64,000 bases of DNA from Camelus dromedarius (Eukaryota), in contig NC_087436.1 of NCBI RefSeq assembly GCF_036321535.1, positions 26,538,001 to 26,602,000 of the forward strand, in the 5' to 3' direction. This document shows, one piece after another, positions 39,975-53,085 of the stretch (positions are counted from its first letter, which is position 1; each line of letters starts with the position of its first letter). The notes beneath the pieces were generated by a model that saw only the letters and a program-made list of their open reading frames with translations, did not search any database and had not been told where the DNA came from. Made by a program: the position numbers and the translations under genes.

Positions 39975-40146
39975 TTTAAGCTGCTTTAACTCATTTTTTA
40001 ACATTTTATTCATTTATTATTAATTTTTTTTAATTTTGGGGGGAGATAATTAGGTTTATTTATTTCTAGAGGAAGTACTGGGGATTGGACGCAGGGCCTG
40101 GTGCATGCTAAGCATGCACTCTACCGCTTGAGCTGTACCCTCCACC
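39975..40146 (-). mobile_element. tRNA-derived camelid SINE (Vic-1-like)
   Basis: Reverse complement begins GGTGGAGGGTACAGCTCAAGCGGTAGAGTGCATGCTTAGCATGCA; TSD TTTAACAT(T/C)CATTTTT at 39959-39974 and 40147-40162. Confidence 0.88.
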
Positions 40147-41881
40147 TTTAACATCCATTTTTAATCATAGTGCAGTTGTTTCCTCTTGGATAGCTTTCTT
40201 TAGTAGGGAAGGCCTAAGTTTAACTTCTGAGCTACAGAAAAAAATGGAGAGAAGACCCACATTATTCCTTTAAATGCGGAGCTTTATTTCTTCACCCAAA
40301 AGCACTTTGTTAGAGGGAGCACTTGAGAACTATGTCTCCAAAGCCTTGATGCCCCAACCTGGATTGCATCTGATGGGCATCCAGAGGGAGACAAGGCAGC
40401 AGCTTGGTGGAATGAGCTCAGGGCCTGTTCTGCTGGCAGCATTCCCATCTCTGCCTCTAGGAGACTTGTCTTTCTCGCCCCTCTGCCATCTCTGTGAAGG
40501 TACCCAAGGAACTGGAGCATTTTCTTCCAGCAAAATGAGGAGGATTGCTCCAGGTAACTAGACTTGAAGGATGCTCAAGGATTTCTTAAAGCACGGCTTC
40601 CCGCAGTGCTGCCTGGCTGCTGATTACTGGGAAATTGTAAGGAGGAAACCAGATGTGCAGCAGACACATTGAGTACAAGTTTAGACTTCAGGCAAGGAAT
40701 TCTAGTTAACTTTTAATTTTGTTTCATTCAGAGCTGTTTAAATTTATTTAGGCTCATATCTGCTATCCTCCTCTGTCACTACCACATGATTTAAACTGTC
40801 TTTTACACAGTGAACACTGCAGAACATTTTGTTTGAAATGAGCGTGTTGAGTAAATTTCCCAGGGAATGTATCTGTGGTGATAATGATTGCTTAAAATTA
40901 GTCCTTTCTACCTCCCATCACCTGAGAATAATAGAGTACCAACAATAACCTTAATCTTTTGGAAATTTGTCACCCGGCTTTGTCAAAGCAAACAACATTG
41001 ACAGAATGCTTTTTGCTTATTGTAATCACTGTTTACCTTAAACTGTCAAACAAGATTAGCTCCATTTCAACATCACTTTCTAGTATATTATATTGTTTAG
41101 TGTTCACATTTCAATACTTGATTTACTTTCTATACCAATCTCTCAGCTCTCCACTTTGAGTCCTAAAATTAGAAGCTTGAGTTCATCTCTGATTCTTCCT
41201 CCATCCTCAGTTCACAATCACTGTTCTTAAATTTGTCCCACTGGAGACAGTTCTAGAATAAATTCTCATCAAGTCTAAGTTGCATTTATGCCCCAGTCTT
41301 CTAATTCCTTTTTTTTTGTGCTTTTAGTTGTATATTCCTCAAATCATGCTCTCATACCTACACTAGAGCAGTGGATTAAAAAAATAATAAAAGTGCCATT
41401 TATTTAGTTATTTTGTAACTAATGACATAATTATTGACCTTTTATTTTGTCATTTAGGGAAATATAATTCATTTATCAGGCGGAGGGGGAGGTTGGTAAT
41501 TCAACAAACCAGATTCAATTAAGGCTACTTACAATATAATACTCTATTGCTTTGAATTCATTCATCTGTTTCTCCTTTTGATTTCAACTTTGAAATCTCT
41601 CCAACTCTTTTCACCACCACTGATTGTAACACACGTGTAACTACCACCCCACAGCAGAAAACGCATGCACCAGCAGTGCTGACCTGCTTATTTCTCTGAG
41701 CACGTCTTGTTCTTTGTGTCTACCATTCTGTTCTTGCTGTTCCCTCAGCCTGCAGTTCTTTCACTATCCTCCCTTGCTTGATAGACCCTTCTTGACCTTT
41801 AAGATTCAGATCTTCTCTATTCCAGAGAGCTTTTCTTAACCATTTGAAAGCATTTATCATTAAGAATAAGATTAAAAATAG

Positions 41882-42028
41882 TGGGGAGGGTATAGCTCAA
41901 GTGGTAGAGTGCATGCTTAACATGCATGAAGTCCTGGGTTCAATCCCCAGTACCTCCACTAAAAATAAATAAATAAGCCTAATCCCACCCCCTCCATAAA
42001 AAAATTGAAAAAAAAAAAACCACAAATT
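41882..42028 (+). mobile_element. tRNA-derived camelid SINE (Vic-1-like) inserted in an L2 remnant
   Basis: GGGGAGGGTATAGCTCAAGTGGTAGAG (A box)...GGGTTCAATCCC (B box), A-rich tail; TSD AAGAAT(A/G)AGATTAAAAATAG at 41862-41881 and 42029-42048. Confidence 0.92.
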
Positions 42029-43375
42029 AAGAATGAGATTAAAAATAGAAAACTTTTCTGTGTTCAAATAATCATTAGGGCAATCTCTATCACTGCATTT
42101 GCCATAAGGTAGGATCATTACCATCCTCATGTCTGATTTGCTCCCTCTGCAGGCTTTTTGAAGATAAAGACCATTATTATTCACCTTGTTTATTTCTGAC
42201 ACTAGCACTGTGTTTGGCACATGGGAAGGATTGAATAAATTTCTTCATTTTATATATATGGAGAGAGAAAAACTTTGACAAAGCATATTCCTGCATTTTG
42301 AAGGTTACTTTGATGAATTTGGGGATAATGTTACCTGGTAAAAGAATAAGGCCACGTAATTTGCCTCATATGTGAGAGTGAGTGTGCGTGTCTGTGTGCA
42401 TATATATATATTACATACAGAATGCGAGTGTGTGTGTATATATATATAATATATGATAACATGTTATGATCATGTATATGATAGACATAATGAACCAGAA
42501 TGTATTAATTTCTGCAACATTATTGTAATCCTAACACTTGGTAATGGAAAGTTACTTCATAGATTTTGAAGGCAATTGGTGACAAATGTATTTCCTTTTC
42601 AAAAATATTGATTAATTACTGTTTGTTAAACTGTTAAAATACAGCGTAGGACATTTTAAAGGGGTAGGGAAGAGGAGGATGGTTTCTCGAATAAACTCAT
42701 CTTGCAGTTGGAATTCTTTTAGTCTTGAGTGGGTCCCACCTGTCATACCCCGTATCACTAATAGCTCAGCTGCCTGCTTTCTGCTCTGACTTTCACCTCC
42801 ATCTACCCCTGCTTACACTTTTTGTTTGCTCACAGCAATTAATGTGTCTTGCAGCTCATCGTAGAGTTCCACTCTTAAGAAATTGTTTGGGTTTTTTTTT
42901 GCATCGACCACTCTTTATATTTCTATAGATAATCATAATTTTTATATTATCATGACTTTTTTCTTGGTGTTCCTGAAAGTGAGGCTCATCTAAATCCTCT
43001 CACATCCTAACAATGTCAAATTCAAGCTCATTTGCACTTATGGATGTGATCAGTGTTTGTTTTTAAGTTCTGCCATGTTAGTTTGTATTTTATTTCTGAT
43101 TTGTGTTGTCCCTTTAAAGCTGTCACCATTTTGTTAAACCTTTAGTTTACTTTGAAAAATTAGATTATTACACATTCTCCTGTTTTGTTGCTACATTTTA
43201 ATGGGGTATTCTCATTTTCTCTTAAACATTATTTCATCACTTTTTATCTCATAATTGGTGTGAGCTTAAACAAAACCCTCTTAGTTTCCCATGTTTAAAT
43301 GAGGTACATACCTCCAGGCTGTTAGGAGGAGCAGGTCATAATACCCTCACCTTTGTGCTCCAAGGGGTCCCTCCT

Positions 43376-43749
43376 TTTTTTTTTTTTTGGTTTTCCTAGG
43401 TATACAGTGTAATGATTCCATACTTGTATAAATTGCAAAATGATCACAGTAAGTTTAACTAATATGTCACCACACATTGTTACACATTTTTTCTTATAAT
43501 GAGCACGTTGAAGATCCACTCTCCTAGCTACTTTCAAATATGCAATACAGTATTATTCACTGTAATCACCATGCTACACATTACATTGCCATGATCTGTT
43601 CATTTTGTAACTGGAAGTGTGTACCTTTTGACAGCCTTCAGCCATTCTTCCCCACTCCTGCCAGGCAACCACCAATCTGTTCTCTGTATTCATGAGCTCG
43701 GGTCTTTGTTTATTACATTTCACATATAAGTGAAATCATGTGGTATTTA
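43376..43749 (-). mobile_element. L1MA-type 3'UTR fragment
   Basis: Poly-T, AAGATCCACTCTCCTAGC..TTTCAAATATGCAATACAGTATT, GGCAACCACCAATCTGTTCTCTGTA, CACATATAAGTGAAATCATGTGGTATTT. Confidence 0.85.
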
Positions 43750-44714
43750 CCTTCCTCTTCTGTTGTAAATGTACGAAGTGTGTCCTTGGTGTGGAGCCAC
43801 TTTCTTCTCCGACTCAGGAGAAATCTCTGCTCCCGCCCTACACTCTGCTGTTATGGCTCCACAGGATTTGCCTTTCAGAGTGGCGCGCTCAGTGTCACAT
43901 ACATTTGCTGGTAAAATCCTTTCTGAAGTCATTTTCCTATGGGCGCTACTCCTGTCCATATCAGAATCTTTTTATTTTTCTGATTCCCAGTGTTCCTGCC
44001 TTGTTTATCTTATTTTTCTATTTATGTGACTTTCCTTCAGAGTTAGGCAAGGATGTATATGTTTTGTACTTCTGAAGTTCTCAGAAGCTTAGATTGTCAA
44101 AACTATGCTTTATTTTCCCACAAAACATGCTTTTTTTTTTTTTTTTTTTTTCCTGTTTAGACATTTCTTGAAGCTTGTCAGGACTCTATAGGGTCTCTGC
44201 TCAGAATTTGCTTTTGTGTGTGTGTGTTTTGTTTTGTTCTGTTTTGGTTTTGGTTCCCCAGACTCTACATCAGTGATTTCCATTTACTCCTGGTATTGGA
44301 TTGGTTAAGAATGTACATTTTATAATGCCAAGGTGTTATGCTTACCAACGTGTGTGCATAAAAGGAACCCAGGGATGTTATATCTGATTAGAACTACAAA
44401 CTTAATTTTATACCTTTATCATTGCAACAAAGGTAGCAAAACAACCTGGCCTTGAAACCAGGACAAGGTTAATATGCATTTGATAAATCTGCTTGTTCCT
44501 TAAGTGAAAAGTGATGCTATACAAACACCACTAATATCATCAGTAGGTACAGACTATGGGTCCTACCTGTGGTAAACAAACAGAAAAAACTGCCTTGTAT
44601 TTGTTAGAATTTGTGAGTTTCAAAGATGTAAGTACTGCTGCGTTTTATTAAGGTGAATTGTTATTTTACAACATGTGTTCTGTGAAATACCAGTTCAGTG
44701 GATACCAGTAAAAA

Positions 44715-46430
44715 TGTAAAGTATCCCCTCAAATTCAGACACTAGACAAGGTGTCGTTTATCACTGATTATGTTCAGGGTCGCATAACTGGAAGTGCAAA
44801 CCAGTGCTATAAGGAGAGTTCAGAACAATAAAGAATGGAAAGAGAGAACATTGTTATTTTTCAGAGGACATGAATACATATACAGAAAATTCAAGAAAAT
44901 CTAGAGACTGTGAACTAACAAATGACTTTAGCAAGTTTTTTGGACTTAAAACCAATATACATATATTGATAGTTTTCCTGTATTTTCTTTGTAAAAACTA
45001 GACATGTGGTAATAGTAAAATGAGTATTCCATTTTTAAGAGTAATGAAAATCTCTTATGTACCTAAGAATGTATTTAAGGTATGGTAGTGGACCATAGGG
45101 AAATCCATTACTTTTCCTGAAGGAAAAAAAAACCTAAGTATGTGAAGGTATATACCATATATAAGGAGAGGAAAATGGCATGAAAATGCCATTTCTTTTT
45201 ATGTTAGTCTATAAAAATAATACAATTCCAGTTTTACAAAAATGAATGTTTATATTGATTGTTGTTATTCTTGAATTGGCAAAAGAATCAATAATACCTA
45301 GGAAAATTTAAAAAACAAATTAAGAAAGATTAACCTACCCTGCCAGATATGACGGTAATCCTGGGCAGCAGTCATGGTAAAGAAATCCCTCTACCATTTT
45401 GTGTTCCAGGAGATGGCTTAGCAAAAGGAGACAAGCCTCCCCACATGACTTAGATCAGACTCACGAATACCCCCCTTGTTTACCCATGACTGGCCAAACG
45501 CAGAACCTCCAAATTTCTGTTCTTGGCCATATAAATGATAGCTGAACTGTTTTGCCCCCGCTAATCAGGTGGAACAAAATATTTGATAACCAGACTTTGG
45601 TTAGGTTGCTCTGCTTCTGCCAGGTTCCTGAACTTTGATCCACCCTCAGCCTGAGCCAGTAGATAACCTCTCATTAACAGCCCCTTCTGCGAATAGGCTG
45701 AGGGTAAAAAAATTCTCTGATCCACTAATTACATCACTTTCATTCATCCTCTGGTTCTAGTCTGACTCACTTCTCTCTGTAAAAGAAAAATCCTCTTCTG
45801 CCTTGTCTTTGAGATGCTTGCAGATCTCACACCTGGAGTGTTCTCTCTATTACAGTAGTCCTCTCTCTCTTGTAATCATTTTGTCCCTCCTTTTGCAATA
45901 ATCCTTTCAAATAAAATCTCTCCCTACCTAGCTCTGGAACTGTTAATTATTTCACACTGACCAGTGCAACACAATGGCCAACCCATAGACAGACCTATGA
46001 ATTTATGGATGTTTTTATCATAAGGAGGAAGGAATTACAAGTCAATGGAGAAAATATTAACTTGTTAATAAATTATGATGGGAAAACTGACTAGCATCAT
46101 GGAAGAGGGAAAATAGAAGCCTAGCTCATTACATATACAAATACATTTCAGATGTGTTAAAAAGTCTAACATGAAATGGAAAATTGTTATGTCCTAAGAA
46201 GAAAATACTGGATATATTTAGTTATGACCGCAACTAAAGAAAAAATTCTTCAGACAAGTTCCCAAAAATGCAACTCATATGAGTAAAGGTGTACATTTGA
46301 CTTCATTAGAATGTATATTTTCTGGGATGAAAAAAGTTATTAAATTAAAAAATAAGGATCAGTCTAGAATGAAACATCTGCAGTGAACAGAGTAAGAAGA
46401 GATTGCATGCTTGGAATTTATTTTTAAAGA
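44715..46430 (+). mobile_element. Degraded L1M ORF2 region interrupted by an ERV1-like LTR
   Basis: A-rich; AGACAAGGTGTCGTTTATCAC, ATACAGAAAATTCAAGAAAATCT, GACTTTAGCAAG and TGATGGGAAAACTG. Confidence 0.6.
45350..45956 (+). mobile_element. ERV1-type solo LTR (MER34/MER39-like)
   Basis: TG...CA termini; ATGACTTAGATCAGACTCACG, CCCTCAGCCTGAGCCAG, TTTGAGATGCTTGCAGATCT; AATAAA at 45910. Confidence 0.75.
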
Positions 46431-46719
46431 AATCCTACCTTTTCTATTCTTCTCTTCTCCCAAATTTTCTTAACAGTTTGGCCCAATAGACAGTCGGTGC
46501 CTAACCAGGGAGGACAGGACCCCTGGCCACACCAGAGATTGTTGGAGCCTGAGCAGTAGGTAGAATGGGGTGTCCATGCAGTGGATGGGGAAGAGGGTAT
46601 GGTAGAGGGGAAGAGCTGACCTAAAGTGGGAAGGGTCTAAAAGAAGATAATTTTGGCAAGTTGAAGTAAGACTCCTAGGGAGGTAAAATCCAGAATATAG
46701 TGAGGATAACCCTTAGAGG

Positions 46720-47397
46720 TGTCTCTGAAACTCAGGTCTGGCTGCTTGTTGCTCAAAAGCCAATACGCAAGAGGCCAGTGTTGGTAGAAATGAAGGTTTG
46801 CTTTATTCTGGAGCCTGACAACCAGGGGAGAGGGCAAACTCCTGTCCAGAGGCCAACCCCTCCCACTGACAGTCAGTAGGGAAGAGCTTTTAAAGAGGAG
46901 TTTCAGTGGCATACAGGTGGAGGGAGGGAGCAACGTGCAGAACAGCACAGTTAGCTCTGATAGTCGTCTTGAAATCAGTCATGCAGTGGTCTGATCAGCA
47001 TCATCCTGGTTGTTTTAAGTATAGTTAATCTTCAGTTCCAGGGTTAATTTGTTCCCATTTCTCAGAGGCCTGTTCTTGGAATTGTGGCAGCTATGCGATG
47101 GCTACAGCCTGGTCATTGTGTAGTTAACTTCTTCCACCTGGTGGGAGTTTTAGTATCTACAAATCAGCTGAAAGGATATGGCTCAGAGTATTATCTATAG
47201 CTCTTGAGGAGGAACTAAATGTTCTTGACTTGGTTTAATGACTAAACTGTTATTTTGTTTTGCTTGACTTTATTTCCCTTTGTTTCTGTATTTTCTTATT
47301 TCTCTGATTAAACTTATTCTTTGACTAAATTTTTTCTACAGACAAGAGGCAGGTGGGTCTGTCCTGGGAAGGCCCCATAGGGTCCTGCTCTGTTTCA
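46720..47397 (-). mobile_element. ERV1-type solo LTR (laurasiatherian lineage)
   Basis: TG...CA termini, 4-bp TSD GAGG/GAGA, minus-strand AATAAA (TTTATT at ~46802), terminal GGCCCCATAGGGTCCTGCTCTGTTTCA. Confidence 0.85.
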
Positions 47398-47439
47398 GAG
47401 AGAATAGACAGCAATTTCCATTGGGGTTGGAGGAAAGAT

Positions 47440-47910
47440 ATCTGATGTGATGTAACAGTTGAATAATAGTGTGTAAGAAACAACTTCATAGCAGGTTACA
47501 GTGGTATCCATTTTTTGCTCACTCTCAGGTCTGTGGGGAGGTTGTATCCAGGCTGGGCTCTTCTGGGATTGGCTGGGCTGTACTCTAGGCTGTTAGTTGG
47601 GTGGAGGTCTGTTCCTGTTGTCTCGTACTGGCTGTTTAGGGCAAGTTGTGTCAATCTGGATGGAATGGCTGAAGTGCAAGAGGCAAAGCAAAACAGTGTA
47701 AAATATGTAAAACCTCTGCTTACACAGATTCTCTGCACATTGCCAAAAGCGGGTCACACACCTGAGCCCAAAGTAATAATGCCTTAGGGAATGTTACTCT
47801 TTATAGTCTACAAGGAGGCACTGCAGAGCCATACATACATCAAAAGGTGGGGATTTATTCTACTGCAACAGGGTCACAGGAAAGAGTAGGATCAATAATT
47901 AGTTTACCAG
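47440..47910 (-). mobile_element. MLT1 (MaLR, I/J-like) LTR
   Basis: GGCTGGGCT..CTCTAGGCTG, GAAGTGCAAGAGGCAAAGCAAAAC, AAACCTCTGCTTAC, GGTCACAC..GAGCCCAAAGT. Confidence 0.65.
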
Positions 47911-49217
47911 AATTAGGTACGTACTATTTTGACTCCTTAGGTAAGGGACAGGAGATTGAGAGGGTATGTCCCCTTCATTATATGTGCAAGGTAGGATATA
48001 AGATTATCTGTATTCAGTAGAAGTAGTGAGTGGTGGTGCAAATTATTTGAGGAAAATGGTGAAGGTTTTAAATATATGGTAAAAGGAATGAAGATGTGGG
48101 CACAAAAAATGTTTCCCAAGCAATTTTGAGGACGTAGCAGAGGTTGAACACCATGCATTTGGTAGTGCCAGTAAATCAGCAAAGTTTAGGACATGGATAA
48201 AGTGGTTGCTAAAGGACAGTAGAGGTTTTGACGACTAAATTTGAGAACAAAAACTGAAATTGTGGTGATAGCAATGTCTACATAGCAAGATTGTCATTGT
48301 TTGATGATAATATTTTAATAGGTAAGTAGGTTATGAGCCAAGTGTCAACATTGGTAATACTGTAAGATGATATGAGTGGATAAAAAAAGTTCTGAGAGCT
48401 TCAAAATAATGAGTGATTCTTATGAATTTGCCTTTTGTGTAGAAAGAGAATGATTGAATATTTTCTGTTTTATATGATTTAATCTACTAGTTGGTTTTTA
48501 CCAGACAGTAGAAAATGAAGGCTTGGGGCCAGGAGAAAGCATTACACCTCCACCTCTATCTTCCATTTCTGATTATGTGAAGTTTGTGGGGACTGGGAGT
48601 GAGTGAAACTAAAGATGACATGTAAGAATAACAGACCTCAGATAAGGAAGCTGGAAGATTCATCCTTTGGCAGAATCCATTCCATAAGTGGTTTGCAATT
48701 TCCCATCTAATAAAATCTAAGGTTCTTGGTCTGAGATGTGACTATGTTCAAAAGGTGATATATCCCTATTTTCCATGTCAAATCTCATAGTATTGCTTTA
48801 GGTGATAGATAAATAGGTAAAATTGTACTGTAGGGCCTTGGGTGTGGGAATTTTGCATTGGTTATCTCTGTGCCTATTCCAGGATTCACCACATTATGCA
48901 TTTGTTACATGTTTATTGAAATTAGTCGATTAATGCATTAATATTTAATAACGTAAATCAGTGAGCATGTCCTTGAGGAAATTATTCTAGAAAAGATACT
49001 TTCTACTGAACCTCTTTTAAGAGAGAGGCTTGAAAATTGTCTGAAACAGACACACTGAAGTGGGAGAATAGGCCTTGGGAAGAAACTCTTGGTTTCTGTT
49101 GTATTTTTACTTGAAATGGTATAAGATACAGGTTCTAGCTGGTGCAGCTCTGACAGTTATATCTCAAACTAATTACTATTTAGATTGCACATTCTTAATA
49201 TTTCTTTACTAAATATT

Positions 49218-51359
49218 TCTAGAGGAAGAAATATAATTTTTTTTTTACCCTTCTAAGTTCTCTTTGGGCCCTTATGACAAAAGGTAGATTAATGAGAGAA
49301 ACACACACACAAGTTCATTAACATGTGTACTTCATGTATAAATGGGAGACACCCAGGGACAAAGGAGTAACTCAGAGTGATGGCGTAGAACTCTGGTTTA
49401 TATAACATCTTCAGTAAACAAAAATACATCTGTGCTAAATGACATAACAAAGGAAAGCACGTTTAGATTTCTAAGGGCAGCAAACTGTGGGAAGGTAAAT
49501 ATTGGGTGGGCCAGGGGGACTAATGATAGATATAAACTAGTTAGTAAAGTTTGTTATGCAGATTCCTCTGATAACCTTCTTCAGACTGATAGGGTCCAAA
49601 GCTGTCTCCAGTAACTAACTTTTTTTTTTGTATTTTTAAAATTAAAGTATAGTCAGTTTACAATGTTGTGTCAGTTTCTGGTGTACAGCACAATGCTTCA
49701 GTCATACATGAATATATATACATTCGTTTTCATATTCTTTTTCACCATAAGCTACTACAAGATATCGAATATAGTTCCCTGTGCTATACACTATAAACTT
49801 GTTTACATTTCATATATACCAGTTGGTATCTGCAAATCTCGAACTCCCAGTTTGTCCCTTCCCACCCTACCCCCGACCCCCGGTAACCGTAAGTGTGTTC
49901 TATGTCTGTGAGTCTGTTTCTGTTTTGTAAATAAGTTTGTTTGTCTCTTTTTTTTTTTTTTTTTTTAGATTCCACATATGAGTGATATGGTATTTCTCTT
50001 TCTCTTTCTTGCTTACTTCACTTACAATGACATTCTTCAGGTCCATCCACGTTGCTGCAAATGGCATTTTATTTTTTTATGGCTGAGTAGTATTCCATTG
50101 TATAAATATGCCACAACTTCTTATCCAGTCATCTGTCATTGGACCTTTTGGTTGCTTCCATGCCTTGGCTATTGTAAATAGTGCTGCTGTGAACATTGGG
50201 ATGCAAGTATCTTTTTGAATTAAGGTTCCCTCTGGATATATGCTCAGGAGTGGGATTGCTCATCATATAGTAAGTCTATTTTTAGTCTTTTGAGGAATCT
50301 CCATTCTGTTTTTCACAATGGCTGCACCAAACTACATTCCCACAAACAGTGTAGGAAGATTCCCTTTTCATCTCAGCCTGTCCGGCATTTATCATTTATG
50401 GATATTTGAATGATGACCATTCTGACTGGTGTGAGGTGATACATCATTGTAGTTTTGATTTGCGTTTCTCTGATAAGTATTGATAATGAGCATTCTTTCA
50501 TGTGCCTGTTGGCCATTTGTATGTGTTCACTGGAGAATTGCTTGTTTAGTTCTGCCCATTTTGGGATTGGGTTGTTTGTTTTTGTCTTATTAAGTTGTAT
50601 GAGCTGTTTATATATTCTGGAAATTAAGCTCTTGCCAGTCTCATCTTTTGCAAATATTTTCTCCCGTTCCTTAGGTTGTCATTTTGTTTTACTTATGGTT
50701 TCCTTTGCTGTGCAGAAGCTTGTAAGTTTAATTAGGTCCCGTTTGTTTATTTTTGCTTTTATTTCTATTGCTTGGGTAGACTGTCCTAGGAGAACATTGC
50801 TAAGATTTATGTCAGAGAATGTTTTGCCTAATGTTTTTTTCTAAGAGATTTATTGTGTCTTGTCTTATGTTTAAGTCTTCAAGCCATTTTGAGTTATTTT
50901 TGTGTACAATGTTAGGGAGTGTTCTAACTTCATTGATTTACATGCAGCTGTCTAGTTTTCCCAAAACCATTTGCTGAAGAGGCTGTCTTTATTCCATTGT
51001 ATCTTCTTGCCTCCTTTGTCAAAGATTGACCAAAAGTTTGTGGGTTCACTTCTGGGCTCTCTAGTCTGTTCCCTTGATCTATATGTCTGTTTTTGTACCA
51101 ATACCATGATCACAAAAGACCCAAAATTGCCAAAGCATTACTGAAGAAAAAGAATGAAGCTGGAGGAACTTTTGTTTTTACTGGTAGAGAGGGGAGGAGG
51201 GACACCTTTGTAATTTTATGTCCTGCTTTTTGGCAAATACAGGAGGGCAAAAAGCTTTTTTTTTTTTTTTTTTGTATCTGCATCTTCTCAATTACCTTCA
51301 TCTCAAAATAATACTTACACAAGAGTGGCATATTTTGGGGTGGCATATTCTACCTTTCA
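49218..51359 (-). mobile_element. MER41-like ERV1 solo LTR split in two (49218-49623, 51167-51359) by an L1
   Basis: Left part ACCCTTCTAAG..ACAAAAGGTAGATTAATGAGAGAAA..GTTTGTTATGCAGATT; right part CTCAAAATAAT...AGTGGCATATTTTGGGGTGGCATATTCT..TTCA; the two halves read through continuously across the AACTTTT duplication. Confidence 0.7.
49624..51166 (-). mobile_element. Young L1 with 5' inversion (twin priming)
   Basis: 49624-51108 is antisense L1 3'UTR and ORF2. 51106-51166 is sense L1 ORF2 (translates [20 protein letters not shown]). Short TSD AACTTTT at 49617-49623 and 51167-51173. Confidence 0.93.
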
Positions 51360-52829
51360 TGATGAAACATATTTCAAGGAAAATGTAGAAAATAAAACAC
51401 TTAAAATATGATGTTGTTTTAAACACCCCAGAGTACCTTACCTCCTGAGATTTAAAAGCACTCCATTGTGATGTATTATTTTTTCTATTTAAAAACTATT
51501 TATAATTTTAGTATACTCATTAGAAAAATGTTACTAAAATGTATACATCATTCTGAGTTAATGTAAAATGAAAAAATTAATGAGTTCAAACCAGATTATG
51601 AGCTAAAAGCAATTTCTAATTAAAAATTTTTAAGATTTTTAAATTTTCAGTCATACCAATTCATTCAAATTATATATATACATTTATAAAGCACTTTAAT
51701 AAATCAAAAGCTATTTGAGTTTTTCAATTGAATATTTGTAAAGTAGAATTTGATGCTGCTTGTGATATAATCCCATATACAAAGCAGTTGCATGGCTTAT
51801 ACGTATGAATGCTAATTTCTTATTTCTGACATCTTTAGCTGGTTTAAAGTTTTGCAGTCTTTTCTTTTGTTAATATTTTTGTTATCTTTAAAGCTTCAAA
51901 GATGATATTTTGTCGATATTTGTAGAGCATCTCAAATTAAAGTGTGATATTTAATGACGGATTTAGACTGATTCTTGACATATTTATAACTCCAATCAGC
52001 TTAAATTTTATCTGCTTTTTTGGAATAAAGCCATTTAGCTACAAAAGATTCAAGCAGCTTGAAGATTATTAAAACAGTATGTGTTCTTTTAATAATATAG
52101 CTTAAAGTGTTCCCATTTGGGGGGGGAAATCCTTGAGGTTCAACAAGCCATCAAACAAAATACACAAAGTGCCACAAAAGACCTTATGATTAATTTATTT
52201 CATTTGTATTCTTCTTCATATTTTATTATACTCTTTAGCTTATTAAGGTTAATTTTTGGAGAGAAAAGATTAAAAATTGTTTCAAATCATGAACTTACTA
52301 GTTTCATGATTTCTGAACATCATTTAAAATTGATCTGCTGTGTTATTTCCAAGCTTTTCATATTGAATAAGTTACTCAAAAAATAGAAGTAAGAGATCCA
52401 GGTATTTGAGGGGACCTTTTTCATGCAAATCATTCTTTGTGAAAACAGCCTGAATTAACATAGGCAAATCATAGTCTTGAGAAAAGTTGTAATAAAAATT
52501 AAGAAAATAATGTCTTTTTTTACATACTGAAAGTCTTAGCACTTTCTGAAAATTAGAATTTTATGTTATGAAAGAGAGAGAGCAATGCAAGGAGAGATTG
52601 TGCGTGCATAGTTTTTGTCTAGTAGAACTTTATTCACATTATTATCAAATTCATTTTAGAGAGTGAATATCAGAAGGAGCAGTGTGAAAAGAAAGCCAGC
52701 TTTGGAAGTTCAGGCTTGGGAAAATAAAATATTTGTCAAATTGAAAAGTACAAAAGTAATTTTATATTCCAGTCCATATACGTTTTATGGCTTTTTTCTT
52801 TTTTTAAAAGAATTTTCAAGTTTATCAGT

Positions 52830-53085
52830 CAGGATTCCCAGTTATGCTGAAGAGATACAACAAAGACTTGCTTTTCGATTCTGCCGCAGTCCATTGAGGG
52901 AGCTGCCACTCCATTCCCCCCTCAGTATGGGCTGGAGTGTGCGGTGAAGCACGTGCTGTTTTCTCAAAATGTCAACCTGGAAGTGACCCAGGCCCCTCTT
53001 GCTCACATTTCATTGCCCCAAATGAGTCACATGGACACATTCAATTTCAAACTCAATGAAAGTGCAGTGACATGGCAGGACCAAT
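52830..53085 (-). mobile_element. Old MLT1 LTR fragment
   Basis: CCTGGAAGTGAC...CTTGCTCACATTTCATTGCCCCAAATGAGTCACATGG is a typical antisense MLT1 motif. Confidence 0.55.

Noticed and set aside
41883..41956. tRNA gene
   Set aside because: The tRNA-like head has A and B boxes but is followed by an A-rich tail and flanked by a TSD, so it is a SINE.
42375..42452. TG/TA microsatellites (also near 1.66, 4.65, 54.98 and 62.33 kb)
   Set aside because: Common simple repeats, several of them inside TEs; no sign of function.
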